A stretch of 64,000 bases of DNA, from the NCBI GenBank assembly GCA_963705305.1, contig OY970067.1, positions 1,152,001-1,216,000 of the forward strand, written 5' to 3'. The notes beneath the pieces were generated by a model that did no database searches, was not told where the DNA came from, and saw nothing but the letters and a program-made list of their open reading frames with translations. This document shows, one piece after another, positions 19,720 to 29,769 of the stretch. The stretch's first letter is position 1. Every line of letters starts with the position of its first letter. Origin of the DNA: an uncultured Methylomirabilota bacterium. GTDB taxonomy: Bacteria; Methylomirabilota; Methylomirabilia; Methylomirabilales; 2-02-FULL-66-22. A program made the translations under genes and the position numbers.

Positions 19720-20808
19720 CTACTTCCAGAGCGTCACCACGAACCCGGTGACGATCAGGTTGGCGAACGAGATGGGCAGCAGGACCTTCCAGGCGAAATC
19801 CATGAGCTGATCCACCCGCAGCCGGTTGAGGGTCCAGCGCAGCCACATCATCACGAAGATCAGGAAGTAGCACTTGACCTGGAACCAGACCAGCCCGAAG
19901 AGGCCGTGGGACAGTCCGGCCGACAGGCCGGGGATGTGGAGCCAGGGGCCGCGCCAGCCTCCCAGGAACAGGGTGGTGGCGATGGCCGCCACCACGAACA
20001 TGTTGGCATATTCCGCCAGGAAAAAGATGGCGAAGCGCATGCCGCTGTACTCCACGTGGAAGCCGGCCACCAGCTCGGACTCGGCCTCGGGGATGTCGAA
20101 GGGGAGGCGGTTGCATTCGGCCAGGGCGCAGATGAAGTAGACCAGGAAAGCCACGATCTGGGGGAAGATGTACCAGCGCGGCAGGATGCCCAGCCAGCTG
20201 CCTCCCTGGGCGTCCACCAAGCCCCCCATGCGCATGGTCCCGGCGATCATCACCGGACCCAGGACGGCCAAAACCAGCGGCACCTCGTAGCTCACGGCCT
20301 GCGCGGCCGAGCGCATGGCCCCCAGGACGGAGTACTTGTTGTTGGAGGACCAGCCGGCCATGATGATCCCCACCACCGCCAGGGAGGAGATGGCGATCAT
20401 GTAGAGGATGCCGATATTCAGGTCGCGCACGATGAGCCCGGGCCCCCAGGGGATGGTGACGTAGGCGGCCAGGGAGGCCGCGAACACCACCATGGGAGCC
20501 AGGACGAACACCACCCGGTCCGCCCGGGCGGGGATGATGTCCTCCTTGAGCAGCAGCTTGAGGCCGTCGGCGAGGCTCTGGGCCCAGCCGTGCCAGCCGC
20601 CCACCCGCATGGGGCCGAAGCGCACCTGGATGTGGGCGCTGATCTTCCGCTCCCACCAGATCAGGAACATGGCGGCCACGGAGATGTAGCCCACGATCAC
20701 CCCGACCACGACGGTCATCACCACCAGGGTGGGGACGATCCAGGGCAGGCCCCAGGCCGACGTCAGCGCGTAGAAATCCTCGACCAGCTTGCCAAGTGTG
20801 CTCATCAC
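19720..20808 (-). CDS. nuoH: NADH-quinone oxidoreductase subunit H, cluster 2
   Basis: ERKISAHIQVRFGP, NRLPFDIPEAESELVAGFHVEYS. Confidence 0.96.
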   Translation of the reverse strand: MMSTLGKLVEDFYALTSAWGLPWIVPTLVVMTVVVGVIVGYISVAAMFLIWWERKISAHIQVRFGPMRVGGWHGWAQSLADGLKLLLKEDIIPARADRVVFVLAPMVVFAASLAAYVTIPWGPGLIVRDLNIGILYMIAISSLAVVGIIMAGWSSNNKYSVLGAMRSAAQAVSYEVPLVLAVLGPVMIAGTMRMGGLVDAQGGSWLGILPRWYIFPQIVAFLVYFICALAECNRLPFDIPEAESELVAGFHVEYSGMRFAIFFLAEYANMFVVAAIATTLFLGGWRGPWLHIPGLSAGLSHGLFGLVWFQVKCYFLIFVMMWLRWTLNRLRVDQLMDFAWKVLLPISFANLIVTGFVVTLWK

Positions 20809-20852
20809 TCTTTACACGGCCCCGACGGGCGCGGGCACCGCAGCCCGGCGCC

Positions 20853-21998
20853 TTATCGGTCCACCTCGCCCAGGACGATGTCCACGCTCCCCAGGACGGC
20901 CACGATGTCCGCCACCAGGCACCCCTTGATCATCTCGGGCAGGACGCTCAGATTGACGAAGGCCGGCGACCGGACCTTGTACCGGTAGAGCTTCGGCGAG
21001 CCGTCGCTCACCAGATAGAAGCCCAGCTCGCCGCGGGGACTTTCCGTCCGGGCGTAGACCTGGCCCGCCGGCGGCTTAAGCGTCTTCGGCATCTTGGCCA
21101 TCACCTCGCCCGCCGGCAGCTGATCCAGGGCCTGCTGAACGATCTTGACGCTCTCCTCCATCTCGCGGCGCCGGACCAGGAACCGCGCCCAGGTGTCGCA
21201 GCTCTCGAACGCCGGCACCTCGAACTCGAACCGGTCGTAGATGGAGTAGGGGTCGTTCCGGCGGAGATCCCACTTGATGCCGGAGCCGCGCAGCACCGGG
21301 CCGCTGGCGGCGTAGGCCACGGCGACCTTGGGATCCAGGATCCCGATCCCCTGGGTCCGCTTCTGGAACAGGACGTTGTCGGTGACCAGGGCGTCGTACT
21401 CGGGGAGGCGCGGCTTGAACCACTCCAGGAAGGCCCGGCAGTCCGCCACCCAGCCGTCCGGGAAATCCATGGCCATCCCGCCGATCCGGTAGAAGTTGTA
21501 GTTCAGGCGCTGCCCGCTCACCGCCTCGAACAGGTCCAGGATCATCTCCCGCTCGCGGAAGCAGTAGATGAAGATGGTGAAGTTCCCCAGGTCCAGGCCG
21601 AAGGTGCCCAGCCAGACCAGGTGGCTGGCGATCCGCTGGAGTTCCGCCAGGATCACCCGCATGTACTCGGCGCGTTCCGGGATCTGCTGGCCCATGAGCC
21701 GCTCGACGGCGTGAACGTACCCGAAGTTCATCGCCATGGAGGCGAGGTAATCCAGGCGGTCGGTGTAGGGGATCACCTGCGTGTAGGTGCGATTCTCTCC
21801 GATCTTCTCGTGGCAGCGATGCAGATAGCCTATGTACGGGACGCAGTCCGTGATGGCCTCTCCGTCCAACTTCAGCATGAGGCGCAGGACCCCGTGGGTG
21901 GAGGGGTGCTGCGGGCCCATGTTGACGTACATCTCCTCCATGGTCTCGCTGATCCGCTCCGCGCTGACCGTGGTGGCGATGGGGACGGGGGTATCCAT
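20853..21998 (-). CDS. nuoD: NADH-quinone oxidoreductase subunit D, cluster 2
   Basis: NMGPQHPSTHGVLRL, DRLDY, DIVLGEVDR. Confidence 0.95.
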   Translation of the reverse strand: MDTPVPIATTVSAERISETMEEMYVNMGPQHPSTHGVLRLMLKLDGEAITDCVPYIGYLHRCHEKIGENRTYTQVIPYTDRLDYLASMAMNFGYVHAVERLMGQQIPERAEYMRVILAELQRIASHLVWLGTFGLDLGNFTIFIYCFREREMILDLFEAVSGQRLNYNFYRIGGMAMDFPDGWVADCRAFLEWFKPRLPEYDALVTDNVLFQKRTQGIGILDPKVAVAYAASGPVLRGSGIKWDLRRNDPYSIYDRFEFEVPAFESCDTWARFLVRRREMEESVKIVQQALDQLPAGEVMAKMPKTLKPPAGQVYARTESPRGELGFYLVSDGSPKLYRYKVRSPAFVNLSVLPEMIKGCLVADIVAVLGSVDIVLGEVDR

Positions 21999-22031
21999 TT
22001 CCTCTGCCTCAACCGTTCCGGGGGCGGGCCG

Positions 22032-22595
22032 TCATGGCGATTTCGCCCCCTCGGATGGCGTGGCCGGCGCCGCGGCCTTGGGGGCGGCCTTGGGCCCCGG
22101 CTTCGCCCCCTCCGCCTTGGCGACCTTCTCCTCCAGCCCGTATTCCGTGTACGGAACCAGCCGCTCGTCCGCGTAGTCCTTGCGCAGGGGATAACCCACC
22201 CAGTCCTCGGGGAGGAGGATGCGGCGGAGGTCCGGATGGCGGTCGAAGCGGATCCCGAAAAGGTCGAAGCACTCGCGCTCGTGCCAGTTGGCGGCCGGCC
22301 AGATGTCAGTCACGGTCCGCAGCTCGGGCTGCTGGCGATCCACCGGCACCCGCAGATGCACCTTGACGGGCTGTTGCAGGGATGCCAGGTCGTACACGAC
22401 CTCGAGGTGGGTCCCCCAATCGGCGCCGCTGAGGCAGCTCAGATATTCGAGGCCGAGGTCACAGAGCCGCCGGCACACCCGCCAGGCGGCCTCCGGCGTG
22501 GCCGTGCAGCGCAGCTCGACCCCCTTGATCTCGGTCTCGCGCAAGGCCTCGCCGAACTGCTGCGTCAACTGATTCAGGATCTCTTCGGCAGTCAT
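22032..22595 (-). CDS. nuoC: NADH-quinone oxidoreductase subunit C, cluster 2
   Basis: ANWHERECFDLFG..HPDLRRILLPEDWVGYPLRKDY. Confidence 0.94.
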   Translation of the reverse strand: MTAEEILNQLTQQFGEALRETEIKGVELRCTATPEAAWRVCRRLCDLGLEYLSCLSGADWGTHLEVVYDLASLQQPVKVHLRVPVDRQQPELRTVTDIWPAANWHERECFDLFGIRFDRHPDLRRILLPEDWVGYPLRKDYADERLVPYTEYGLEEKVAKAEGAKPGPKAAPKAAAPATPSEGAKSP

Positions 22596-22652
22596 CTCAA
22601 TCCGTGCCGCTCGGGCGAGCATTCGGGACGGGGCCGCAGGTCGGGTCCCGCG

Positions 22653-23012
22653 TCAGACCCACTCCAGCGCCCCCTTCTTCCAAGCGTATGCCAGGCCTAC
22701 CAGCAGGATCCCGATGAAGACCATCATCTCCACGAAGGCGAACAGTCCCAGTTGGCGGAAGACGATAGCCCAGGGGAACAAGAACACGGTCTCGACGGCG
22801 AAGATGATGTACACCAGGGCGTAGAGGTAGTAGCGGACGTGGAACCGCACCCAGCCGGCCCCGATCGGCTCTTCCCCGCATTCGTAGGTGGTCAGCTTTT
22901 GGGGGGTCGGATGGTGGGGGCGGATCAGGCGCGAAACGATCTCGATGTTCAGGACGACGAACAGTGCCCCGACGATCAAGAAGAAGCCGACATAGGCGTA
23001 ATCCGCCGGCAT
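22653..23012 (-). CDS. nuoA: NADH-quinone oxidoreductase subunit A, cluster 2
   Basis: TYECG, YYLYALVYIIFAVE, WKKGALEW; GGAGGAG RBS. Confidence 0.94.
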   Translation of the reverse strand: MPADYAYVGFFLIVGALFVVLNIEIVSRLIRPHHPTPQKLTTYECGEEPIGAGWVRFHVRYYLYALVYIIFAVETVFLFPWAIVFRQLGLFAFVEMMVFIGILLVGLAYAWKKGALEWV

Positions 23013-23175
23013 GAAATCTCCTCCTGCAAGGCCGGGAACGGGCGGCGAGTGGATCGCGGAGGCGAGAGATTCGGGAGAGGCCGTCGGTCGCGAGCCCCCC
23101 TCGCGCCACGGAAAAGGCCCTACCTCAGGGCTCGACAACGCTCACAATTCACAGCGACCGCGCCAATTCCGCGGT

Positions 23176-23204
23176 TTTGTAACATGGGCACCCCGACCTG
23201 TCAA
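23176..23204 (-). promoter_or_regulatory. Sigma70-like promoter of nuo cluster 2
   Basis: TTGACA-17-TACAAA on the minus strand. Confidence 0.5.
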
Positions 23205-23626
23205 GGAGAATTGCTGCGCCCTTGCCCCAAGAATACGTCAAGCCTTTGTCCTTGTGCCCTGCCCCCAAGAACCCCGGCGGCCGGCGCCGGGAGATCTTCC
23301 GAGCCTCCGCAAGAGCTCAACAGCCTCAAACAACCCGCGTGGGTTCGGGGGCCTGGATAGCTGGGGGGAGGGGTACATTTTGGACGGTACACATGTGCTT
23401 GACTTTCGGGATCGCTCCGATCTACTATCTGATCATTCGCTCAGCATCACGACTGGTCCCGATCGTGGTATCCGGAGCCCACGCGGCCGCTCATGTGGCG
23501 GATTTGCCCGGGCCGGCCGCAGGGAGGGGGGACGAAGGGCGACAGGGAATCTGTCCTTCGTCAAGGCGGGGGGGTGCGCGCACCCCGTTAACCTGTGAAC
23601 TGCAAGGTTCGTAGGAGGATGCTGCC

Positions 23627-25351
23627 ATGGCGAGTGTAGTGATATTGTTCACCATTGTGGCGGTCTGGGTCGGCTACAAGTTCTACGCCGCGAAGATTGA
23701 CCGGTCCGTGATCGGGGTCGATCCCAACAAGGCGACGCCGGCCAAGATGTACAACGACGGCGTGGACTTCATGCCGGCCAGCTCCAGCGTGCTGTTCGGC
23801 TACCAGTTCAAATCCATCGCCGCCCTGGGACCCATCGTTGGACCCATCATCGCCGTCCAGTGGGGATGGCTGCCGGCCATCCTGTGGCTGATCTTGGGGG
23901 TCTTCTTCATCGGGTGGGTTCAGGACTACACCGCGGCGGTGATGGCCATGCGGAACGAGGGGATGACTATGGGGGGATTGAGCTACAAGCTCATCTCGCC
24001 CCGAGCGCGGACCATCCTCCTGTCGTTCCTCTACTTCTACCTGCTGCTGATCATGGGGGCCTTCGGGGCCATCGTGGCCGGGATCTTCGCCAACCCCAAC
24101 GTCCCCTTCGGGTTTATCATCCTCACCCTGGCCGGAGTCCTGGCGGGCCAGATGACCTACAAGTGGCGCAAGGACCTGCTCCTGACGACGCTGATAACAG
24201 TGGCCATCGGGGTCATCGGCATCTGGCTGGGGACCACGGGGCCCTTCCGTGCCATCGTGGACGCCATCAACGGCGGGAAGGACTCCTTCATCCTCTACGC
24301 CACGCCCTACGGCCCGATGAAGTGGTCGGTATGGTTCTGGGGCATCGTCGCCCTGGGCTTCTGCTACCTGGGCTCGGTGCTCCCCATCTGGCGGTTCGCC
24401 CAGCCGGTCAACTACGTCTCGTTCTGGCTGGTGCTGATGGGGATCGTGGGGTCCATCGTGGGGATCTTCTTCCGCATGCCCAGCTTCGGTGACTTCCCGG
24501 CCTTCACGAGCTTCAGTGTCGCCGGCCTGGGACCCATGTGGCCGCTCCTCTTCGTCACCATTGCCTGCGGGGCGTGCTCCGGATGGCATAGCCTAGTCTC
24601 CACCTCGGGCACGGCCCGGCAGCTGGAGAAAGAGACCGACGCCCTGCCGGTGGGCGCCGGGGCCATGTTCACGGAGTGCGTCCTGGGCGTCCTCTCGGCG
24701 GTGTTCGCCATCACCGCCTTCGGCGGCTTCGCCGGCTACCAGGCCCAGCTGGCCAAGGGGGCCGGCGCGGTGTTTGCCGGCGGCATGGCCGAATACCTGA
24801 GCGTCCTGGGGATTCCCAAGGTGTTCGGTGGCGCCTTCGGGGCGACCTTCCTGGTCATCATGGCCCTCACGGTGATGCAGCTGGTCCTGCGCTTCATGCG
24901 GGTGGCCAGCGCCGAACTGGTGGGGAACTCCATCCCTGCCTTCCGGAACATCCACTTCGGCACCATCGTGGGCCTCCTGCTCACGCTGGTGATCCTCTGG
25001 ACCGGCTTCTGGCAGCGGATCTGGATTCTCTTCGGCGGGTCCAACCAGCTGTTCGTGGGCCTGGCGCTGGTCCTGATCACGATCTGGCTGGCCCAGAGCG
25101 GCAAGTCGTATCAGTGGGCTATGTGGCCGGCGATTTTCATGTATGTGACCACGGTCGCGGCCCTGATCGTCACCGCCTGGATGGCTTTCCAGGCGGCATT
25201 CAAGCCCGGCCTCAGCGCCGCGTTTGTCTTCGGGAATTTGATCGCGGCCGTGATCGGGGTCGCCCTGGTCATCCTGTCGCTCATCCTGGCCTGGGATGCC
25301 GTCCAGGCCTTTGGCAAGGCTCGCCTGCGCCCGGCCGCCGCGCAGGCCTAG
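23627..25351 (+). CDS. cstA: Carbon starvation protein A family transporter
   Basis: TPA..NDGVDF, SIAALGPIVGPI, PLLFVTIACGACSGWH, FGGSNQL. Confidence 0.92.
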   Translation: MASVVILFTIVAVWVGYKFYAAKIDRSVIGVDPNKATPAKMYNDGVDFMPASSSVLFGYQFKSIAALGPIVGPIIAVQWGWLPAILWLILGVFFIGWVQDYTAAVMAMRNEGMTMGGLSYKLISPRARTILLSFLYFYLLLIMGAFGAIVAGIFANPNVPFGFIILTLAGVLAGQMTYKWRKDLLLTTLITVAIGVIGIWLGTTGPFRAIVDAINGGKDSFILYATPYGPMKWSVWFWGIVALGFCYLGSVLPIWRFAQPVNYVSFWLVLMGIVGSIVGIFFRMPSFGDFPAFTSFSVAGLGPMWPLLFVTIACGACSGWHSLVSTSGTARQLEKETDALPVGAGAMFTECVLGVLSAVFAITAFGGFAGYQAQLAKGAGAVFAGGMAEYLSVLGIPKVFGGAFGATFLVIMALTVMQLVLRFMRVASAELVGNSIPAFRNIHFGTIVGLLLTLVILWTGFWQRIWILFGGSNQLFVGLALVLITIWLAQSGKSYQWAMWPAIFMYVTTVAALIVTAWMAFQAAFKPGLSAAFVFGNLIAAVIGVALVILSLILAWDAVQAFGKARLRPAAAQA

Positions 25352-25416
25352 TCGGCAACCGGTGTTGCCGCCGGGGGCGGGGCGTCTCGCCCCCGGCGGC
25401 GAACGGGGAGGGCACC

Positions 25417-25800
25417 GTGCCGACCGTCACGCTCGACGTCATCGCACCCCTGGTCTCCGGGGTCCAGCACTGCCAGCATTGCCAGACGTTCTTCGACGAT
25501 GCGGGGGTCTCGCAGAAGGTCCTGCAGGACGAGTGGAATTCCTATCCCGAGGAGATGTGGCGGGACTACGCGCGGCTTTCCGAGATGATGCGCGAGCTGT
25601 CCATCCGCTACGGGTCCCAGCTCCGCATCACCCTCATCGACCCCCACACGCCCGCCGGACTGTGGAAGTCGCTGCGCCACTGGGTGCGCCGCTATCCCAC
25701 CTTCATCGTCAACGGCCGGGCCAAGTATTCCGGCTGGGATGCGGGAGCGCTGGACACCCTGCTGCGGGCGGGGGGGGCCACCGTGGGGGCCGTCTCGTAG
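25417..25800 (+). CDS. Small thioredoxin-like CxxC protein downstream of cstA
   Basis: GTG start after GGGGAGG; CQHC near the N-terminus, YPTFIVNG near the C-terminus. Confidence 0.75.
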   Translation: MPTVTLDVIAPLVSGVQHCQHCQTFFDDAGVSQKVLQDEWNSYPEEMWRDYARLSEMMRELSIRYGSQLRITLIDPHTPAGLWKSLRHWVRRYPTFIVNGRAKYSGWDAGALDTLLRAGGATVGAVS

Positions 25801-26016
25801 CAGGCTGCTGAAAAAGTCCCGGCTGCCCGCCGCAGGCGGATTGGCACGCTCGGGCACTCGCTGCGGCGTACCGGAAGTACGCCTTGACCCGCCAGTGGCG
25901 GGTGCTCGCCCCCGGGTACCCATCCCGAGGGGTGGGTGATGCCGCCTTACCGCTCGACAGGCTCGCGGTCCCGAGCGAAGTCGAGGGGCATCTGGGCCCT
26001 TTTGAGCAGCCTGTTA
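25798..26016. mobile_element. Hairpin MITE, family A, copy 2 (expanded by nested palindromes)
   Basis: TAGCAGGCTGCTGAAAAAG...CTTTTGAGCAGCCTGTTA; core GGCGTACCGGAAGTACGCC. Confidence 0.85.
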
Positions 26017-27870
26017 TGTCTTGGTCCCTAGCAGTTTGTTCAGAGCCTCCCGGTCGACCACCTCTTTTTCCAGCAAGAGCTTGGCCAGCGCCTCTAACGT
26101 CTCCCGCCGCTGAGTGAGCGTCTCCCTGACGCGCACGTGTCCGTCCGCCAGGATGCGGTGGACCTCGTCGTCGATGGTCTGGGCGGTGCGCTCGCTGTAA
26201 TTCCGCTGCGTGTACCCCGGGACGCTCAGGAAGCTGCTCCGGGCGTGCTCGAAGGTGACCAGGCCGAGCTGCTCGCTCATCCCGTACTGGGTCACCATCA
26301 TGCGGGCCATGTCGGTCGCCCGCTCCAGATCGTTCTGGGCCCCGGTGGAGATGTCGCCGTAGATGATCTCCTCGGCCACCCGCCCCCCCAGCAGGACGTC
26401 CAGCCGATCGAACAGCTCCGCCCTCTTCAGCAGGTAGCGGTCCTCGGTCGGGAGCTGCTGCGTGTACCCCAGGGCGGCGATGCCGCGGGGGATGATCGAG
26501 ATCTTCGAGACGCGATCCGCGTGCGGCCGCGATTCGGCCACCAGGGCATGGCCGGCCTCGTGGTAGGCGACCGTCTCCTTCTCCATGGCGTTCATGACCC
26601 GGGTCTTTCGCTCCAGGCCGCCCACGATGCGATCGGCCGCCTCGTCGAAGTCCTGCGTCCCGACCGCCGCCTCGCCTTTCCGGGCAGCGAGCAGGGCCGC
26701 TTCGTTCACCAGATTGGCCAGGTCCGCTCCCACGAAGCCGGCGGTGCGGGCCGCGATGGACCCCATGTCCACATCCGGCGCAAGCTTGACGCCGCGGGTG
26801 TGGACCCGCAGGATCATCTCCCTCCCCTTGAGATCGGGACGATCCAGGGCGACATGCCGGTCGAAGCGGCCCGGGCGGAGCAGGGCCGGGTCGAGGATCT
26901 CCGGGCGATTCGTGGCGGCCATGATGATGACGGCCTTGTTGGTGTCGAACCCGTCCATCTCGACCAGGAGCTGATTCAGCGTCTGCTCCCGCTCGTCGTG
27001 GCCCCCCATGGGGTTCATGCCCCGCGCCTTGCCCAGGGCGTCCAGCTCGTCGATGAAGATGATGCAGGGCGCCTTCTCCTGCGCCTGCTTGAACAGGTCG
27101 CGCACCCGTGCCGCTCCCAGCCCGACGAACATCTCCACAAAGTCCGACCCGCTCATGCTGAAGAAGGGGACCCCGGCCTCGCCCGCCACCGCCTTGGCCA
27201 GCAACGTCTTCCCGGTCCCGGGCGCGCCGACCAGCAGCACCCCCTTGGGGATCTTCCCGCCCAGCCGGCGGTACCGTTCGGGGGTCTTGAGGAAATCCAC
27301 GATCTCCATCAGCTCACCCTTGGCCTCGTCGATCCCGGCCACGTCGCCGAAGGTCACCCCGGTCTGCTTTTCCACGTAGACCTTGGCCTTGCTCTTGCCG
27401 AGGGACACCATGCCGCCCATGCCGCCCGCCCCCATCTTCTTCATGAACCACACCCAGATGCCGACGAAGACGACGGCCGGGATGATCCAGGACAGGATGG
27501 TGGCGAACCAGGTGTTCTGCACCCGACCGGAGAACTGGACCTTGGCCGCCTCCAGGTCTTTCACCAGGCTGGGATCGTCCACCCGGACCGTGGTGAAGCG
27601 GGGGTTCTTCTCGCCCAGCTTCTCCAGCCTCTGGATCTGGTCCTCGGTCGTCTTGGGCAGGATACCGGCCAACCCCTGCGGGTTCAGTTGACCATAAATG
27701 TACTGCGGCCCAATGCTGACCTCCGTCACCTTGCCGGCCTGCACCAGGGCTTTGAACTGGCTGTAGGGCAGGGTCTCCGCTTGCGGCCCCATCAGCATAT
27801 TCTCGATGAACAGGAGGGCAAAGAAGGCCGCCAGGAAATACCAGATGGAAAAATGATGCTGCTTGTTCAT
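26014..27870 (-). CDS. ftsH: ATP-dependent zinc metalloprotease FtsH
   Basis: Two TM segments, [24 protein letters not shown]. Confidence 0.97.
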   Translation of the reverse strand: MNKQHHFSIWYFLAAFFALLFIENMLMGPQAETLPYSQFKALVQAGKVTEVSIGPQYIYGQLNPQGLAGILPKTTEDQIQRLEKLGEKNPRFTTVRVDDPSLVKDLEAAKVQFSGRVQNTWFATILSWIIPAVVFVGIWVWFMKKMGAGGMGGMVSLGKSKAKVYVEKQTGVTFGDVAGIDEAKGELMEIVDFLKTPERYRRLGGKIPKGVLLVGAPGTGKTLLAKAVAGEAGVPFFSMSGSDFVEMFVGLGAARVRDLFKQAQEKAPCIIFIDELDALGKARGMNPMGGHDEREQTLNQLLVEMDGFDTNKAVIIMAATNRPEILDPALLRPGRFDRHVALDRPDLKGREMILRVHTRGVKLAPDVDMGSIAARTAGFVGADLANLVNEAALLAARKGEAAVGTQDFDEAADRIVGGLERKTRVMNAMEKETVAYHEAGHALVAESRPHADRVSKISIIPRGIAALGYTQQLPTEDRYLLKRAELFDRLDVLLGGRVAEEIIYGDISTGAQNDLERATDMARMMVTQYGMSEQLGLVTFEHARSSFLSVPGYTQRNYSERTAQTIDDEVHRILADGHVRVRETLTQRRETLEALAKLLLEKEVVDREALNKLLGTKT

Positions 27871-28009
27871 GGGTCGGTTCCTCGAGTTTCACCCTGTGTA
27901 TTTCGTGTATTTGGCGACGGGTGCCCCGTCCGGGTATGAGAGCGCCTGGGAAGGAAGAGTGGCTGAAGTATACGCCCCTAACGGGTATTTTGGTAGGCCC
28001 GAGGCCCAA

Positions 28010-29529
28010 CCCTAATCTCCGGCTAAGAAGTTGAGGGGGATCGCGAATCACGCAGCGGCCCGCAGTGCGCGCGGCCCGCGGGGTTGGCATCGGCCTTGCT
28101 TGGTTTCACCCAGTGGGTGCAAACACCACAAGGAGGAGAGCGATGCCCGACACCTCGCCCCGGTTGCCGTTCGAGATCGATGACGCGATCGACCCCACGC
28201 TGGTCACGGGCCGGGCCGGGGTCCCGCTCGTGATCGAGCTGTTCCGCCAGCTCGGGGTGGCCCAGGCCGTCGACACCCACGTTGCGGTCAAGCAGCGGCA
28301 GCGCGGATTACCCCCCTCGCAGCTCGTGGAGAGTCTCGTCGCGTTGTGGACGAGCGGCGGGGACCGCTGCCAGGACCTCACGACGCTCCGGGAGGATCAG
28401 GCCCTGGCCACGCTGCTCGGCTACCCCCTGCCGGCCGCGACCACGGTCCGGGACTTCCTCGAGGCCTTCCACGTGGAGGACGGGCCGCTCTGGGTGGCCG
28501 GGCCCGCGGCCACGGTCCCCCTGGAGTCCGCCCCCTTGGCGGGCCTCGGACAGGCGAACCGGACGCTGGTCGCGGGCGTCCAGCGCGGGGCCCGGGCGGC
28601 GACGGCCACCCTGGATGTGGACGCGACGCTCGTCGAGAGCCACAAGGACGCGGCGACCGTGGCCTACGACGGGACCCGGGGCTACCAGCCCGTCGTGGTC
28701 CTCTGGGCCGAGCACGATGTCATCGTGCACGACCAGTTCCGCGATGGCCAGGTGCCCGCCGGGTGCGGCAACGTGCGCGTCCTCGAACAGGCGGTGGCCA
28801 ACTTGCCCCAGGGCGTGGACCGCATCTCCCTGCGGGCCGACAGCGCCCTCTACGAGACGGAGGTCCTCCGCTGGTGCGAGGAGAAGAAAATCGCCTACGC
28901 GATTAGCGCCGATATGTCCGCGCAGCTCCAGGCCGAGATCCGGCGCCTCCCCGCGGCCGCCTGGCAGCTCGAGCGGGAGGAGCCCGAGGCGATCCGGGCC
29001 TGGGCCGAAGTCCCCTACGTCCCCGAGGATGGCGATCACCGGAAGGCGCGGCCGTGCGTTCGCCGCTACCTCGCGGTGCGTATCCAGCGACGCCAGGGGA
29101 GCCTCTTCGCCGACGGGAGTAGCGTGCAGTACTTCGCCGTGGTCACCAATCGGCCGGAGGATGGGCTCACGATCCTCCGGTGGCACCGGGAGAAAGCAGG
29201 GACCATCGAGCACACCCATCACGTCCTCAAGACCGAGCTGGCGGCCGCCGCGCTGCCCAGTGGGAAGTTCGGGGCGAACGCCGCCTGGTTCCGGCTGAAC
29301 GTGCTCACCTACAACCTGCTCACCGCGCTCAAGCGGTTGACCTTACCCGGAGATCTCCGGACCGCCCGGCCGAAGCGTCTCCGGTTCCTGCTGTTCAACA
29401 CCGTCGGGAAGGTCGTCGCGCATGCCCGACGGACGCTCTTGCGGCTCTCGGGCGCCCTGCAGCACGCCTTGCTCGTCCGGGCGCGGCGCAAGATCGCCCG
29501 GCTGGCCACCGCTTAGCCGGAGATTAGGG
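28010..29529 (+). mobile_element. IS1380-family insertion sequence (1520 bp)
   Basis: Perfect 18-bp TIRs CCCTAATCTCCGGCTAAG / CTTAGCCGGAGATTAGGG; CCCAA direct repeat on both flanks. Confidence 0.92.
28143..29516 (+). CDS. IS1380-family DDE transposase
   Basis: TLDVDAT, LRADSA, R..GTIE..H..LK, LPSGKFGANAAW. Confidence 0.92.
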   Translation: MPDTSPRLPFEIDDAIDPTLVTGRAGVPLVIELFRQLGVAQAVDTHVAVKQRQRGLPPSQLVESLVALWTSGGDRCQDLTTLREDQALATLLGYPLPAATTVRDFLEAFHVEDGPLWVAGPAATVPLESAPLAGLGQANRTLVAGVQRGARAATATLDVDATLVESHKDAATVAYDGTRGYQPVVVLWAEHDVIVHDQFRDGQVPAGCGNVRVLEQAVANLPQGVDRISLRADSALYETEVLRWCEEKKIAYAISADMSAQLQAEIRRLPAAAWQLEREEPEAIRAWAEVPYVPEDGDHRKARPCVRRYLAVRIQRRQGSLFADGSSVQYFAVVTNRPEDGLTILRWHREKAGTIEHTHHVLKTELAAAALPSGKFGANAAWFRLNVLTYNLLTALKRLTLPGDLRTARPKRLRFLLFNTVGKVVAHARRTLLRLSGALQHALLVRARRKIARLATA

Positions 29530-29534
29530 CCCAA

Positions 29535-29684
29535 CCCAAATCTCCGGCTAACGGGGGAGGGCATTCGCGTACCCACGTCGCACCCGCAACCATGGCCTCG
29601 CGGCCGGCTGGGCCTCTCGGACCTGGTTGCACCCGATGGGTGGCGCCCCGTAGAGGCGATGGGTACCTTAGCCGGAGATTTGGG
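29535..29684. mobile_element. 150-bp non-autonomous MITE with IS1380-like ends
   Basis: Perfect 17-bp TIRs CCCAAATCTCCGGCTAA / TTAGCCGGAGATTTGGG; flanked by CCCAA at 29530 and 29685. Confidence 0.9.
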
Positions 29685-29769
29685 CCCAAGCGCCGCCGTC
29701 ACGAGGGCACCGGGGCACACGGCCGAAAGGCGGGGCGGCCCTCGCAGGCGGAGGCGGGGACGAGGCGGC

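Noticed and set aside
20853..21998. Group 4 NiFe hydrogenase large subunit
   Set aside because: No N- or C-terminal CxxC motifs; ends DIVLGEVDR like NuoD
23138..23152. lac-operator-like AATTGTGAGCG on the minus strand
   Set aside because: Half-site only, no vector context; likely chance
217..23360. Long plus-strand ORFs such as 16648-20988 and 1881-4256
   Set aside because: Antisense shadows of high-GC nuo genes with no recognisable motifs; the same applies to most overlapping ORFs in the track
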